From the NCBI RefSeq assembly GCF_033153115.1, contig NW_026889755.1, forward strand, positions 3,224,001-3,288,000: 64,000 nt of DNA. The letters run 5' to 3'. How positions within the stretch are numbered: the stretch's first letter is position 1; each line of letters starts with the position of its first letter. Made by a program: the position numbers and the translations under genes. The stretch is from Saccostrea echinata (taxonomy: Eukaryota). Below the pieces are notes generated by a model, which worked only from the letters and a program-made list of their open reading frames with translations, was not told the DNA's origin and ran no database searches. Positions 62,439-64,000 of the stretch are shown here, one piece after another.

Positions 62439-64000
62439 CATCGGAGACGTTTGCACTCTATATTGTTAATTTATCTTATCTAATGATGCTTTATTACACG
62501 AATATAGTTGATGAAGGCCTTCTCAGAAGATTTGATCACGTACCGACCCACTTCATTTCCCAGTGAAGTTTTTAAACTTGTTATTTATTACTTATATATA
62601 CATTTAAGACGGAAAATTGAAGATAATCGAATATGATTTGCACTAACTGTTCGTCGATTGCACTAACCGTTCGTCGTAGATTTTGACAAATTACGCAAGG
62701 TGTAAATCGGCTTGAAAAGCGGTTACGCTTCAAATTCATCTGACAAAGGATTCTGTTTTGAAGGGAATATTCTGTGAAAGGCTACTTGTGATCAATTATA
62801 GTGAGCATATTGGTGTCTGGGAATTTTTGTATTCATGAAAATCCATATTCGATGTAAAAAAAAACCCACAAGAAACACGTCCGATGTTTGATAATAAAAA
62901 GTTGGAGGAATTTCGGTCGGAAAGGGATGGATGGAGACTCATGTCCGGACCAGTTAACTTAAAATCAAGTATAAAATTTGACCAGAAACATAAAATCTAC
63001 GATTTCAGTAAGGCATATTTATTATGGTGTTGACACGGAGACACTGGCGACAGCTTACATTGTTAACAGACAACGATCTCGATGATGGAGGTGTGCCTAC
63101 CGAACTTCCGAAGTGCAGTGTTTGTCAGCTGTTTGTGGCGTGATTGCATTACATTGACATTTTCCAACAGATTTTCAAATTTATTGTGAGTAAAGTTTAA
63201 TGAAAAAAAAAATATATCATTCAGATGCCTAGAAGAAAAATAGAGTAACGTTGAGACTATGCAGCTCAGACATGAAACTTATAACACGTAGTTTTCTATT
63301 CTCTATGTAAAATCGATCAAGAACTGTATTAATTATTCGTTTACATTGTCAATAAAATGATTATTATTTTACTTGCGTATTTTGTATATTTTTATGCATG
63401 AAAAACATGCTATATTGCTAAGTAGAGTAAGTATTTTTATGTAGATATTACTGCGCTGTGTGATTAGGTCACGTAATGACCTATGACCTTCGAAAAACTT
63501 CATACAGGTATGAAGGTATTTGCTCTCGGTATGTTTATATAATAGAGAGATACCACAAATGTATATATTTTCATGTGAAATGCTATTGCAACATATAAGT
63601 CGTGATGTAATACAGAAAATTAGAGAAAATATTAAGTTCAAATCTGTGTCCAAGCACCTTTAAAGTGTTTGATACCACATCATCATAAACTCATATAGGA
63701 GAAAAAAGAATTATCATGTGAAATGGTTACTATGACAATGTGCCTTATTTAATTTCTGAAGGGTATGATGCAGAAAATCCAAGATCAGATATATACAATT
63801 GATGATGATTAAGATAACATATTTCTTACTTTTTTGCAAAAAATAATATATTTTTTTTTTTATAAGGGAATAACTGAATTCATAAAGTAGCAAGAAGTAA
63901 GGCTCTAAATTCGCTCTTGTGTACATTTTGAACTACGATTTTAATAAGAGGAATAGAAAGTAAATTATTTAACAAATAAAAATAAAAAACGTTTCGTATT

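Overview
AT-rich eukaryotic genomic DNA, most likely from an oyster or related bivalve (inferred from the repeat types and the gene family), with one 192-N assembly gap. The window holds two tandem paralogues of a multi-exon, + strand, type I membrane receptor gene. The architecture is an N-terminal F-type-lectin/galactose-binding-like domain, 5.5 MEGF10/SCARF-type EGF-like repeats, one TM helix and a short tail with three YxxL motifs. Gene B (27450-50513) reconstructs as 10 phase-consistent exons (1634 nt, about 544 aa plus an unlocated signal-peptide exon). Only the last four exons of gene A (5791-11285) are in the window. Comparing the paralogues gives filled and empty sites for several insertions. 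Introns and intergenic DNA are packed with non-autonomous elements: tRNA-derived SINEs, Helentron/HINE-type elements with about 167-bp satellite arrays, TIR elements with 2, 3, 4, 5 and 9 bp TSDs, and long hairpin elements. There is also a Harbinger transposase pseudogene and LINE remnants. At the right end, a 3'-truncated Ty3/Gypsy retrotransposon (LTR, tRNA-Lys-like PBS, PNMA-like gag, -1 frameshift signal, frameshifted pol) is inserted in a SWIM-containing DDE transposase remnant. The most notable observations are: (i) the triple-YxxL ITAM/ITIM lectin-EGF receptor pair; (ii) five MITEs sharing the terminus CGCRGC-N3-GTTAAGG with TA or TT 2-bp TSDs; (iii) two hairpin elements with unrelated stems but the same GC-TAAC-GC loop and the same 12-nt end; and (iv) a templated insertion with a roughly 44-bp target duplication. 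All family assignments come from reading motifs by eye; no database searches were run.
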